A DNA stretch of 57,972 nt, filler included, from Diploschistes diacapsis (Eukaryota): NCBI GenBank assembly GCA_023645945.1. It is 4 parts of 4 records of this genome, joined end to end, with 100 filler letters (N's around TTAATTAATTAA, not from the genome) between each part and the next. Parts side by side here need not be neighbours in the genome. Positions count along the whole stretch, not along the records: positions 1 to 31,836 come from JALAIB010000112.1; 3 more parts are not named here. One strand, written 5' to 3'. The translations under genes and the position numbers were made by a program. The notes beneath the pieces are model-generated. The model did not search any database and was not told where the DNA came from. It was given only the letters and a program-made list of their open reading frames with translations. This document shows positions 1 through 11,438 of this stretch, piece by piece; position 1 is the stretch's first letter, and each line of letters opens with the position of its first letter.

Positions 1-1347
1 GGTACGGTGGCGGATGAGGAGGATGGGGAGACGGGTTTGAGGAACGAGGGGACGGAGATGCGGGCTTGGGCTGCGTTGCGGATTGTACGGGAGCGGACGC
101 TGTAGGGTGTGTTGTTAGTCCCTCACGTTCTATCGTTGCTCGGATGCAGCTTTCCCAGAAGGAACACCCAAATTTTGAGCACGGAGTATATACGAAAAGG
201 GGGATACTCACTGCCACTCAATCCCTTCCTCCAGCCCCTTGAACTCCTTCGGCCGGCTCGCCAAGTAACTATTCATCATCCCTAGCGCCTCCACCGCACT
301 CCCTTCGACTACATCTAACACCGCGAATCCCAGTACTTTTCCGCCAAACCTCCCCCTTTTCGCAACCTCCGTCACCACCGCCCCTCCAAGGCTATGTCCG
401 ACCAATACAAGGCTGGGCAGCTCCTTCCACCCCTCGTGTTCTTTGAGGAGTTCCACCACGTGCTCAAAGTCATCTGCGAGCGCCGAAAGGGACATATCTA
501 GCCTTCCCTCTCCCTTGTCCCCTTGCCCATTCCCGGGATCGCGGCTGAACGAGGGGTTGGTTACCGTCCCACCATGACCCCTGCAGTCCGGAGCCAAAAC
601 GCCTATCTCGGGAGCGAGGGCGTGGAGGGAAGAGGCGCAGGATGCGAAAGAGAGGCCCGAGGCGCCTGCGCCGTGGTGGAGAAGAAATAGGGGCGCGGAG
701 GGTTTTGTGGGAGGCGTGTAGTAGGCGTGGTGCGATAACGGAGAAGACGAGGAACTAAGGGTTAGGGAGGTGCTGAAGTGGGGAGTCCATGGGAGAGGAG
801 AGAAGGCGGAGCTGTGGTTGTGCAGGCATTAGGCTCAAAGTCTTCTTGTGGGAGACTGCGAAAAGCAATGCCAATGAGAGGGCATGTGAATGTAGGACTA
901 ATGACTTGAGACAGTACAGGAAGACAAAAGATATAGTGGACCACTTGGCTCAGTCGAGCATGCATGTATATGTACGGGTAACATCTATCATACTAGCTCA
1001 AAGACGTAACAGCTAGGTCTTGACATTCAAAGGAGAACAAGAACTGCACGGTGCTCGGAACAAACGTACCCTCCATCCTGCCCCTTGGCAAACCTCCCTT
1101 TCCTCTCATTGGGCTTTATAGTTCCCGTGCTGCTGGCACTGCTTGCAGAGCTGGCGCTTGAAGAGTCACTTTCGGTGTTTATGCTGCTCTCGGGGAGCGG
1201 CGTCAACAAGTCATCTTCGCTCTCATTCGGGTGAGCGTGTTCGGCCTGCTCAGCTGGGAAATCTGGCGTGAGTTCTGGATGTGATGGAGGGCTGAAAGGA
1301 AGGCCGTTTAGCTTCGTTTTAGCTAGGGACTGCTGGAGGGAAGACAT
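1..1347 (-). CDS. PPE1: Protein phosphatase methylesterase 1 (PME-1), alpha/beta hydrolase; 3' end runs off the window
   Basis: Spliced model: exon1 1347-1070, intron 1069-812 (GTACGT...CTAAT...CAG), exon2 811-~211, intron, exon3 from ~101 (HVRSRTIRN). Motifs LHHGAGASGLSF, DCRGHG, GHSLGG nucleophile elbow, VLDVVEGSAVEAL. Confidence 0.93.
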
Positions 1348-1700
1348 GATGATTCATGCACTGCTTTAATGGAAATGGAAATGCAGTAGGCATGAAGATG
1401 TTACTATTCTCAGGACATCGGGATCTAATTCCTGGCGAGGATAACTGAAAGACGTCCAAAAAAACTTGGTAGACCTGCGCTTCTTAAATGTGTGGAAGGG
1501 ATGGATGTCCCTTGCTTAAACCTCTCTGATCTTAGAACTCGAATAGATGCAAAGTGCCAATACCTTGATGTCATACGAAGCTGTTTGAAGCGTTTAGAGA
1601 TCCATAAATCTATGTCATTTCGTTATTCAGATACTGATGGGGCTCATAAGCTTCGTGACCATGTGCTGATCTAATGCACGAGTAGCGTCTATTGGATAGT

Positions 1701-2608
1701 TCATATTCCATACCTACGCTGCCAGGCCGTACGAACGGTCTCCGTAAAGTCAATATGCGCAATAACAACATCTCCGCTGTAATATGCATCCAGAGCATGC
1801 TCATTCCTTCGTCTAGGGCTTAGAAATGCCTCATCCGATTCCGCATTCTTGTTCAATGCCACCATTTCAAAAGTATCGCCTATGCCTTCCTGACTCCGTC
1901 GAATGCCTTGCTCCTCCGCATCCAAATCCTGTGCCGAAAAGATCAAGCTTGCACCCAGAGGTGTGCCGGCTAATCCCGCTGTCGTAGACGAAGGGCTGTT
2001 CATGGCAATTCTCAAATCCCGCCTTTCTAGCGTAACGCCCAAGATGACAATCTGCAGTAAAGCGATCAAGGTATCGATAAGAAGCATTCTCCACCTTGAG
2101 ATCGGACCAAGCTCGCCCACAAAGTCTATCAGCAACCCACCATGTAGATAGCCTCTCATTGCCTCTCCGCCTTCCGGTCGGGCCATAAACAGGTGCACCA
2201 GAGCACAGAAGCCATTAGCGAGGACAATGCTGCTGACATAAGGGCGGTTGCTAGGCGGAGTAGGAAAGAAAGAAGGTTTGGGCGTGAAGAGTATCCAGTG
2301 CGGTATCGCGCGAATGAAGAAACGGAAAAGAGAGCATCTACAGAGCTTAGCAACGTAATTCGAAGAAGCAGAAAGGCCATAGCCACTCACTCCATATAAT
2401 ACAGTATTGATAACTGGCAGTATATCACAATGTCGATGTTCCTGCTAAGATTGTCGAGGAAATGTGCTCTTCGAGTCTGCTGGGCTTGAATTTTCGCTTT
2501 ACCGTCACCATGGTCGAAGGAGGTTGAGGAAGATGCAGCTGCATCGACGACAGACCGGTCGTCGGATCCAGGAGTAAAGGACGTCGAAGCAGAAGGGTCA
2601 TCGTTCAT
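1701..2608 (-). CDS. DUF1746 membrane protein, Dsc4/DscD-like subunit of the DSC E3 ligase (SREBP cleavage)
   Basis: Two ORFs joined by an intron ~2390-2339 (GTGAGT...CTAAG...TAG) give NIDIVIYCQLSILYYMECSLFRFFIRA and GEAMRGYLHGGLLIDFVGE, typical of DUF1746. Confidence 0.8.
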
Positions 2609-3145
2609 GATCTGGATGGGCGATGGTCATGCTGGTTGGTTTGTGCTTCGACATTCATGTGACTTAGCTTAAGCGCATAAAGCTATGTACATGAAGGATA
2701 AGCCTAGAATCAAAAGAATTGAAATACCCTAAGGAACAAGTCGGAGATCCTCGTGAGAGCGATTCAAGTTCCAGTGCCATGTAGTCTGATCTTTACAGGC
2801 TGTTGCCGACGGTTGCGTTTGTAGTTGACGCCACAGATGATGAAGCCACTGTGGCGCAGTCATTGAAGAAGTTCAAACGAATGAAGTCGAGGGGCTTTGC
2901 AGCAGTGCGTAAGTGCTCATTATTCCGAGGAGTCTAAAAAGGTATTCAGTTTCTGCCTGCCCTGTGTCTTCACTCGTTTGAGACAGCCGTGCCTACGATG
3001 TGGTTCTGCTGATTGGGATAAATACATGTTTTATTACTGCACCTATTCATCTACCCTCCAGGTGCTCTTGCCAGCTGTATGCCCACCTATCATTAGAATT
3101 TACTCTCCCTAGCAGATGATCTGAGCCCGTAGGGCACTCTTTGTA

Positions 3146-6100
3146 ATGGCAAGTACAGCTCTTAATTAGAGTGTTGTAGTCACTGACACAGCTCGATTAC
3201 AGGGTGTCACCAAGCGCGCAGGCCGAAAGAAGGATGCCGTACAGGAGTCGGCGAAATCAGGCGGAGGAGGAAATCCCCATGTCAGGAAGGCTGTTTTCGA
3301 GACTTCAAAGAAGAAGGAGGTGGGCGTCTCGGATCTTACCCTCATCAGTAAGATCTCGAACGAAGCTATCAACGATAACCTAAAGCTGCGGTTCCAGAAC
3401 GGAGAGATTTACACTTATATCGGCCATGTGCTGGTTTCTGTCAACCCGTTCAGGGATCTTGGGATCTACACTGAGCAGGTGCTGGAATCTTACAGGAGCA
3501 AGAACCGACTGGAGATGCCACCACATGTCTTTGCCGTGGCCGAGTCTGCATATTACAACATGAAGGGGTACAACGAGAACCAGTGCGTGATTATCTCAGG
3601 GGAGTCGGGGGCAGGGAAAACGGAGGCAGCAAAGAGGATCATGCAGTATATCGCCAATGTATCGGGAGGAAGCAACTCTTCCATTCAGGAGATAAAAGAC
3701 ATGGTGCTGGCAACGAATCCACTGCTGGAATCCTTTGGGAACGCGAAGACCCTACGCAATAACAACTCTTCACGGTTCGGGAAGTACCTTGAGCTTCAGT
3801 TCAACAAACAGGGCGAGCCGGTAGGTGCGAATATAACGAACTATCTGCTGGAGAAAACACGAGTGGTTGGGCAGATCACCAACGAGCGAAACTTTCACAT
3901 TTTTTATCAATTCACGAAAGCCGCAACCTCGGAACATAGGCAACTGTTTGGCGTTCAGGAGCCATCTACTTACCTTTACACAAGTAAGTCCAAGTGCATG
4001 GATGTCCAAGGAATCGACGACCACGCGGAATTTGCGGACACACTAAATGCTATGAAGATCATTGGTCTGTCAAAAGGAGAGCAAGATAATATCTTTAGAG
4101 TTCTTGCGCTGATCCTATGGCTGGGGAACATTACGTTTAAAGAAGACGATAGCGGGAACGCAGCGATACGAGATCAATCTGTAGTAGACTTCGCTGCATA
4201 CCTTCTCGAGGTTGAGTCTCATCACTTGAACAAAGCCTTGATAACGCGCATCGTCGAAACCAGTAGGGGTGGCCGAAGAGGCTCAGTGTACGATGTCCCA
4301 CTCAACATTGTGCAAGCCACAGCGGTGCGGGATGCGCTCTCGAAAGGCCTGTACTTCAACCTCTTCGACTGGATCGTGAACCGAGTCAACAAATCATTGA
4401 AGGCGCGTGGCACGGTCTCGAATACAGTTGGTATACTTGACATTTATGGGTTTGAGATTTTTGAGAAAAACAGTTTTGAGCAACTTTGCATTAACTACGT
4501 TAACGAAAAACTCCAGCAGATATTCATCCAGCTGACATTAAAGACGGAACAGGAAGAATATGCTCGAGAGCAGATCAAGTGGACGCCGATCAGCTACTTT
4601 GACAACAAAGTAGTGTGTGATTTGATTGAGGAGCGGAGGCCTCCTGGAGTCTTCGCCGCACTAAACGATGCTTGCGCTACCGCTCATGCTGATTCTGGCG
4701 CCGCTGATCAGACGTTTGTACAAAGACTGAATGCTTTATCGTCGAATGCGCACTTTCAACCTCGTCAAGGCCAATTCATCATCAAGCATTATGCTGGTGA
4801 CGTGAGTTACTCCATTGATGGCATGACGGACAAAAATAAAGATCAACTACTCAAAGATTTGCTCAATCTGGTTGCTGAAAGCTCCAACGGTTTTGTAGGC
4901 CAGCTATTCCCAAACCAGGTGAACCAAGACGACAAGCGCAGACCTCCTACAGCAGGTGACAAAATCAAAGTTTCGGCCAATGACTTGGTCTCGACACTGA
5001 TGAAAGCTTCTCCATCTTACATACGGACCATCAAGCCAAACGACAACAAGTCGCCAACCGAGTACAATGTCGCTAATGTAATGCATCAGATCAAGTATCT
5101 TGGGCTGCAAGAAAATGTGCGCATACGAAGAGCAGGGTTTGCTTATCGGTCTACATTTGACAGATTCGTTGAACGTTTCTACTTATTATCTCCCAAATGT
5201 GCTTATGCTGGCACCTACACCTGGACTGGGGACTCCTTGTCTGGCACAAAGCAAATTCTGAAGGACACTAGTATACCAGCCGAAGAGTTCCAAATGGGAG
5301 TGACCAAAGTATTCATTAAAACGCCAGAAACGTTGTTCGCCTTGGAAGCGCTACGAGACCGATATTGGCATAACATGGCTATCAGGATACAACGGGCTTG
5401 GAGAAACTACCTCAGATACAGAGCGGAGTGTGCCACAAGGATACAGCGGTTCTGGCGAAGAGTGAATGGTGGTTTAGAGTTTATTAAGGTCAGAGACTAT
5501 GGACACCAAGTTTTGCAAAATAAGAAGGAAAGGCGCAGGTACAGTCTGGTAGGGTCGAGGAGGTTCCTTGGCGACTATCTCGGCATAAGCAATCGGGGTG
5601 GCTCTGGCGAGCTTATCAGAAACTCAATAGGCATGAGAAGTGAGGACCCCTTCCATGCGCGAGTAAGCTCTGGCTAACTGAACAGGTAATGAAAGATGCC
5701 TATTCTCGTGTCGTGGTGATGTCCTGGTCACAAAATTTGGACGATCAAGTAAACCTGCGCCACGGATTCTGGTTATGGTGAGTAATACGGTTTTGTGTGC
5801 GGCTGAGGCTAATATGAATAGACCAATGAAGGAATATACATTATAGTGCAGGCTATTGTAAATCGACAACTGCAGATATCTTCAGAACGGACTATCAAAC
5901 TCGCCAATATCAACTATGTCGCCTGTTCGACCTTGAAGGACGACTGGTTCACCATCTCAGCAAGCGGTTCGCAGGAACCCGATCCGCTTCTGAACTGTGT
6001 GTTTAAAACAGAATTTTTCACTCATCTCAAAATGGCGAAACCGGGAGGACTAGATCTCCGGATCGGAGATCAGATTCAGTACAACAAGAAACCTGGCAAG

Positions 6101-7053
6101 CCTGCAACTGTCAAGGCCGTTAAGGATAACGCTATCCCACGAGATGATATCTATAAGAGCGGTCAGATCCACACCTCTCAAGGTGAACCGCCGAGTTCCG
6201 TTTCTGCACCAACGCCGAAAGGAAAAGCCATTGCTCGGCCAGTCACAACCGGTAAGCTCATCAAACGAGGCGGGCCCAATGGGCAACCGTCAAAACCGGC
6301 GTCAAGGCCTGCAGCCTCGCAGCCCGTGCCTCCAACAACAAATCGTCCCGCAGCCTCCCAACCAAAACCTGTTCCGCAGCCTGCTGCACCTACCGTCAAT
6401 GGCACCAGCCATAGCCATACTAAAAACGAATCCGCTTCCGCCCGCGCCCCACCTCCACCGCCTCCTGCCGCCCCTCCATCCGCGCACAAGGACGCCTACC
6501 GAGCCCTCTACGACTTCAACGGCCAAACAGAAAGCGAGCTCTCAATAGCTAAAGACGATCTCGTCGAGGTTCTCAAGAAGGAAACCAACGGTACAAACCT
6601 AAACCCCATACTCCTAAACATCACCTTACTAATCTCATCTGCTTAGGCTGGTGGCTCACGAAACTCATCTCTACCGGCGTCCAAGGCTGGACGCCCTCCG
6701 CATACCTCAAAGAAGAAGCGCCTACCACTGCCGCTCGCGCGCCACCACCACCTCCACCTCCCGCGGCTCCCGCAACCAACGGGACCTCGGCCGCAGCCCG
6801 GACTCCCGCCGTTGCTGCAAAAGGCAAACCTACGGCCCCTGTCCCGCCGATGAAGAGGCCCATAGGCAAAAAACCTGCGCCCGCACCCGCGCCGCGGGAT
6901 AGCGCGGTGAGTATGGGGATGAGTGACAGTGGGAGGGGCACGCCGGATAGTGGAAGGAGCCAGACACCGAGTCTAGCGGGGGGCTTAGCGGAGGCGCTGA
7001 GGGCGAGACAGGCAAGTATGCAGGGGAAGGCGGAGGAGGAAGATGATTGGTGA
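3146..7053 (+). CDS. MYO1: Class I myosin (motor, IQ, TH1, Pro-rich, SH3, acidic tail)
   Basis: GESGAGKT P-loop, [17 protein letters not shown]3 ALYDFNGQ...GWWL, C-terminal EEEDDW. Introns at 3149-3202 (GC-AG), ~5640-5685, ~5778-5821 and ~6591-6647. Confidence 0.97.
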
Positions 7054-8100
7054 TTTTGGCTTGGCTGGGGAAGTGGTTCCGGGGTTGGTAGGGGCTGCAG
7101 AGTTCTTGCTTGCTTGATCGCTTGTGTGAGTTGTGTTTTGTGTGGTTCGTATAAGCGCGATTGAGAGTGAACAGCGCGCTTTGAGCTTGGCGCTTGGGGC
7201 CTGTTATATAGAGCTTGTACGACCTTGGGTCTGCTAGGTACGGGCTTCGAGAGTCCATGATTTGTGTTCTTGTTTGATGGAAAGCCGAGTCACTAAGGCG
7301 AAGGATAGCACTTAGTATCAGATGAATTTGATAACCGTGATCTTTCACTATGCCCCTTCCCTGCTAACACTCTTCACAAGTCTCACCCTTCTTAAGCCTT
7401 CCCGTTTGCTTTGATGAGGGAAAAGTTTCCTACTTCGCTCGCTTGCCAGATTTTCAACTCTTCTCCATCTTGGTCTACGCTCCCCCAAATCTTGGTAGAG
7501 CCTCAGCCCAGTTCGCAATCTGCCCTTTGCGGATACCTTCCCGTCCACTTCGACCAGCACGGGCTCCCACCCCATAAGAGCCTCTGTAAATTCCGGTACA
7601 GCCCCTTTCTATTTCGGCAATTTTCTATTCAAGGAAAGGATGAAATATTGACCAGTGCTTGATGAACCACGATTGCTTTACCTTTTTTTGGCGATCTTGG
7701 ATAGAAATTTTCACAGACTTAGGGGGTTTTGCTTGGGGAGAGAAGGATGTAGGTATTCAGTCAAATTCTGAATATACGGGCAACTGTTGGGTTTAAAAGC
7801 ATGAGATCCACCTTCCCTTTTGCTTCTCTTTCTCATCGTTCTACATCTGCACTTTGCTTCACTTGCCCTCGCTAGACTGCAAAGGAAAAGCCGTACTCAC
7901 CTTCTTGTCGATCATAGCCTTGCTTACCAGCGCCTAACTCACCCAGAAAAGCCTGTTACTCACTCACCTTCCTGTTGATCTTAACCTCCACCCCTTCCAC
8001 ATCTCATCTCATCTCATCTCATCTCACATCGCATCCACCTTGCCTTCCTCACCTTGTCTCCATTAATCCCTTTCATCTGAACCTTCTCTCCCAACAAGCC

Positions 8101-9498
8101 ATGGCTCCCCAACGAACTCGGAGCCACAAATCCGCCGGCACCGTGGTATCCACAGGGACCATGGCCGAGCGCTTCAACGTCAACGGCGATGCCAGACCGC
8201 ACAAGCACAATTTCGACGCCGCATACTTCAGGCAGTTCACCTGGCGGGACCGCGAGTGGTGGGACATGAAGCGTCGATGTATGCAGCTCTCTTCCTCGTC
8301 GTGGATTCAAAACTCACAGCTTACCAGGGCAGGTTCTCACGGCAAGCCTGGAGGACAGGAGGGCGAGGGGCTCGCGGAAGAAGAAGAGCCAGAAGGGAAG
8401 GAGCTGAGCGGAGGGGCCAGGCAATCTTTAAAGAATGCGGGCCAGAAGATCAAGAGCTTGCTCAAGAAATTTGGGCGGGACAGCATGTACGTTTGGGAGT
8501 TCGGTATATTTCCGGATCCGAAACCGGGCCCGCGGTCGTTTGCGCACATTGGACGGTTCAGCGTGAAAGACGAGGTCCGTCGGTGTATAGAGCTGATCAA
8601 CAAAGCGTGGGACGCGCCAGACGATGGGGTGTTCAGTCCGGGCGCCTCAGATGAGGGTGCATCAAGCCACATATCGCAGGTCGCAAGACTTGTTGCCTCG
8701 GTACCGCGCATGACGGAGTTGCGCATGCTGATCCAGTACGGGAATCAGGAGCCTTGGCGACCAAGGAGGCAGCCAAGGCACTCATCCTCCTGTTCCCCAA
8801 CCGAATCCGATGAAGGAGCCGCCGTAGCAGTCATCCCGCACGGTCTAGTGCCGTCTTTCCCCTACGAGGAGCGTCCCGATCCACACCAAGCTGTCGAAAC
8901 TCTCCTCTACGAATACCGCCATGGAGATAGAACTGAGCGGATACGAGAGGCACAAGCAGCTGGGTCCCTGTCCGGTACCTCGTCCCGAAGACCCCAGGCC
9001 GAGGTATGCATTGAAAAGGCCGCCAAAAGACTGAGAATCAGCATAGCCGACTTGATCGGCACGCTCGAGTTCTACTCATACTGTCTCGGTGGCCGAGATA
9101 TGAACAATATCGGCGGCATCGACCTTGTACGTCCTGAAAACTACCCAGGTGAGTGGCGACGCGTGCTCCGTCGGGACTGGTGCCTGTTGAGGGATCACCC
9201 AAGGCTGTTCGGGACGGCAAGGGTATATGGAAGACGGAATCTGATTCTGTTCCTCAGACTGAGGATAATGAATGAGAGAATCGAGCTGCTGGAATGGTGC
9301 AAAGAACATGGATGGGAATTTGGGATCGAGGTAATTGATGGGACAGAGAAGGCTGATGGGTCGGCACTAGAGCAGGGGGCAATGATGTCGGGGGCTATTG
9401 GGGGCTCGGGACCTACCGAGGGGAGGAGGCGATACTCTTTTCCGCTGACGGCAAGAGAGCTAAGATACTATGCGGGTGGGAGGATGTCCGATGCGTGA
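8101..9498 (+). CDS. Hypothetical protein, no recognisable domain
   Basis: Long open frame (7975-9498). The first ATG in good context (GCCATGG) is at 8101, after a pyrimidine-rich 5'UTR. Possible in-frame intron near 8279-8327. Confidence 0.6.
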   Translation: MAPQRTRSHKSAGTVVSTGTMAERFNVNGDARPHKHNFDAAYFRQFTWRDREWWDMKRRCMQLSSSSWIQNSQLTRAGSHGKPGGQEGEGLAEEEEPEGKELSGGARQSLKNAGQKIKSLLKKFGRDSMYVWEFGIFPDPKPGPRSFAHIGRFSVKDEVRRCIELINKAWDAPDDGVFSPGASDEGASSHISQVARLVASVPRMTELRMLIQYGNQEPWRPRRQPRHSSSCSPTESDEGAAVAVIPHGLVPSFPYEERPDPHQAVETLLYEYRHGDRTERIREAQAAGSLSGTSSRRPQAEVCIEKAAKRLRISIADLIGTLEFYSYCLGGRDMNNIGGIDLVRPENYPGEWRRVLRRDWCLLRDHPRLFGTARVYGRRNLILFLRLRIMNERIELLEWCKEHGWEFGIEVIDGTEKADGSALEQGAMMSGAIGGSGPTEGRRRYSFPLTARELRYYAGGRMSDA

Positions 9499-9759
9499 TG
9501 GGCATTTGAGCGATGGTCAATCTAGCTCACTGTTGGATATGGCGCGACAAGCGAGCGTCGTCTTTCCACTTCATTGTTTTGTAAGAGTATTTTGAGTTAG
9601 AAATATCGAGTCGTTCTTCATCTTACATGCATACACGTTCTAAGTTCTCAACCACCATAGGGCTGAGCAAGCTACCCCTGCACATCCAGATTTTGTATTT
9701 ACAGTGTGCTCCCACGCGAATCCATATTCCTAAGCTCCCTTTGCTCGCCGCCATGCATC

Positions 9760-10884
9760 ATGCGGAACCAATTACTTACTTCCTCCCGACCCATAACGAA
9801 GTCCAAGCGTTGTAATGCGATATGGAGCTGTCAGCCTCCTTTGCTGGCATTGAATCCTGCTCACAACAGCGAATTCCCAAGATCCTTCTCGCAAGAAAAT
9901 TCGACAGGCTCAGCAGGAGCTCAAGCCATTCGAAATTACTTTACTTCACGTACACAAAGCTTCCATCCTCAAAATGGCTGCTCGAATGGTCACGTCTTCG
10001 GAAAACTTCCATGGCCCCGAGCGAATCGACCGTCACACGATCACCTAGGACTCTTCCACCACCACCGCACCTTTTCTACAACAACACGAGTCCTGAAAAA
10101 GAAAGGCACCAAACAAGACGCCAAGCTCCACAAGCTCGAAGCCGCCGCCGAGCGCTCCGAGACCGTCGGCAACGACCCCTACGACTTCTCCACCCTAAAC
10201 GAAAGCATCGAGCGGATCCACTCCCGGCTGAAAGAGGAGCTCTCCCGCCTGCGGCCAGGCGGGCGTTTCAACCCTGCCACTATCGAGAACCTACGCGTGC
10301 CGCTCGGCAAGCTCAAGCAAGCCGATACAGGCCACGGACAGGGTAAACTCCGTCAAAAACTGTCAAGCCCCGCCGAGAGGCGCCAAGCGGCGGCAGAAGC
10401 CAAGAGCCGCGCCGCAAAAGACAAGGTCGAGACCGTCCGCGTGGCGGACCTGGCGCAGGTGGTGCCGCGCGGCGGGCGCACGGTGATCATGATGCTGGGC
10501 GACGAGAAGCACGTCAAGCCGATCGTCTCGGCGCTGCTGAACAGCGGGCTGAACCTCAATCCGCAGACCTCGGCCACGAACCCGCTCGAGCTGCAGGTGC
10601 CAATTCCGCCGCCGAGCTTCGAGACGCGGCAGCGCACGCTCGAGGAGGCGGCTAGGGCGGGGGAGAAGGCGAACGGACATGTTAGGGAGGCGAGGGGCGC
10701 GCAGCAGAAGACGCTGAGGGCGATGGAGCTGGCGGGGAGGGTGAGGGCGGATGATCGGCATAGGGCGGGGCAGAGGATGGAGGAGGTTGTGGCAAAGGCG
10801 TACGAGGAGGTGAAGCAGATGGTGGACGGGGCGAGGAAGGTGCTTGGAGGTATTAGTGTGGAGGAGGCGAGGACGAAGATCTAA
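9760..10884 (+). CDS. RRF1: Mitochondrial ribosome recycling factor
   Basis: Arg/Ser-rich N-terminal presequence (RTFSTTTRVLKKK); LKEELSRLRPGGRFNP, LAQVVPRGGR, LNLNPQ, VPIPPPS motifs. First ATG at 9760. Confidence 0.85.
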   Translation: MRNQLLTSSRPITKSKRCNAIWSCQPPLLALNPAHNSEFPRSFSQENSTGSAGAQAIRNYFTSRTQSFHPQNGCSNGHVFGKLPWPRANRPSHDHLGLFHHHRTFSTTTRVLKKKGTKQDAKLHKLEAAAERSETVGNDPYDFSTLNESIERIHSRLKEELSRLRPGGRFNPATIENLRVPLGKLKQADTGHGQGKLRQKLSSPAERRQAAAEAKSRAAKDKVETVRVADLAQVVPRGGRTVIMMLGDEKHVKPIVSALLNSGLNLNPQTSATNPLELQVPIPPPSFETRQRTLEEAARAGEKANGHVREARGAQQKTLRAMELAGRVRADDRHRAGQRMEEVVAKAYEEVKQMVDGARKVLGGISVEEARTKI

Positions 10885-11438
10885 GAGGGTGGAGGAGCGG
10901 AGGCGTTGGATGAGCTGGATCGGTCATTGTAGGATTGATCGAGTGTTTGGGTTTCCAGAAAATATGAAGAGCAGCCGGGACAGGACTTGATGTACAGTAT
11001 TCTAGCACTATTTGGGGTTGTTGTGCATCTTAGTAACGTTGCGGTTTCAGTATAATGTAAATAAATACTAAGAGGGGTTGTACGATTAGGTGGATTTGAG
11101 AAATCGTTTTGAGAAGGCTTCAACATTGAAAGGAGACGCTGGAAAACAATAATCACAGTGACAGCAGACGAGATAAATGTTACTTGTCGCTAGAACAGCT
11201 AGAACACTTCAGACTCGTTCATTCTATCTACTAACCCATAATCCCCTCCCAGCGATAGTTCGAGGATTTTAGAGCCTGGGCCTCTTATCATCGCTGGTGG
11301 ACACTGCATGGAAGCTTATTTTCATTAGCGACATGCAGATGCTGATGGGTATTCCAGACTTTTGGCGCTTTCAAGCGAGCCTCCTTGGGCGATAACGACG
11401 TTCCCGCGCCAACACACAAGAAGTACAAGATATTACGA

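Noticed and set aside
1610..1713. Extra 3' exon for the DUF1746 gene
   Set aside because: The implied intron would be only ~25 nt, too short; the stop at 1701 is kept.
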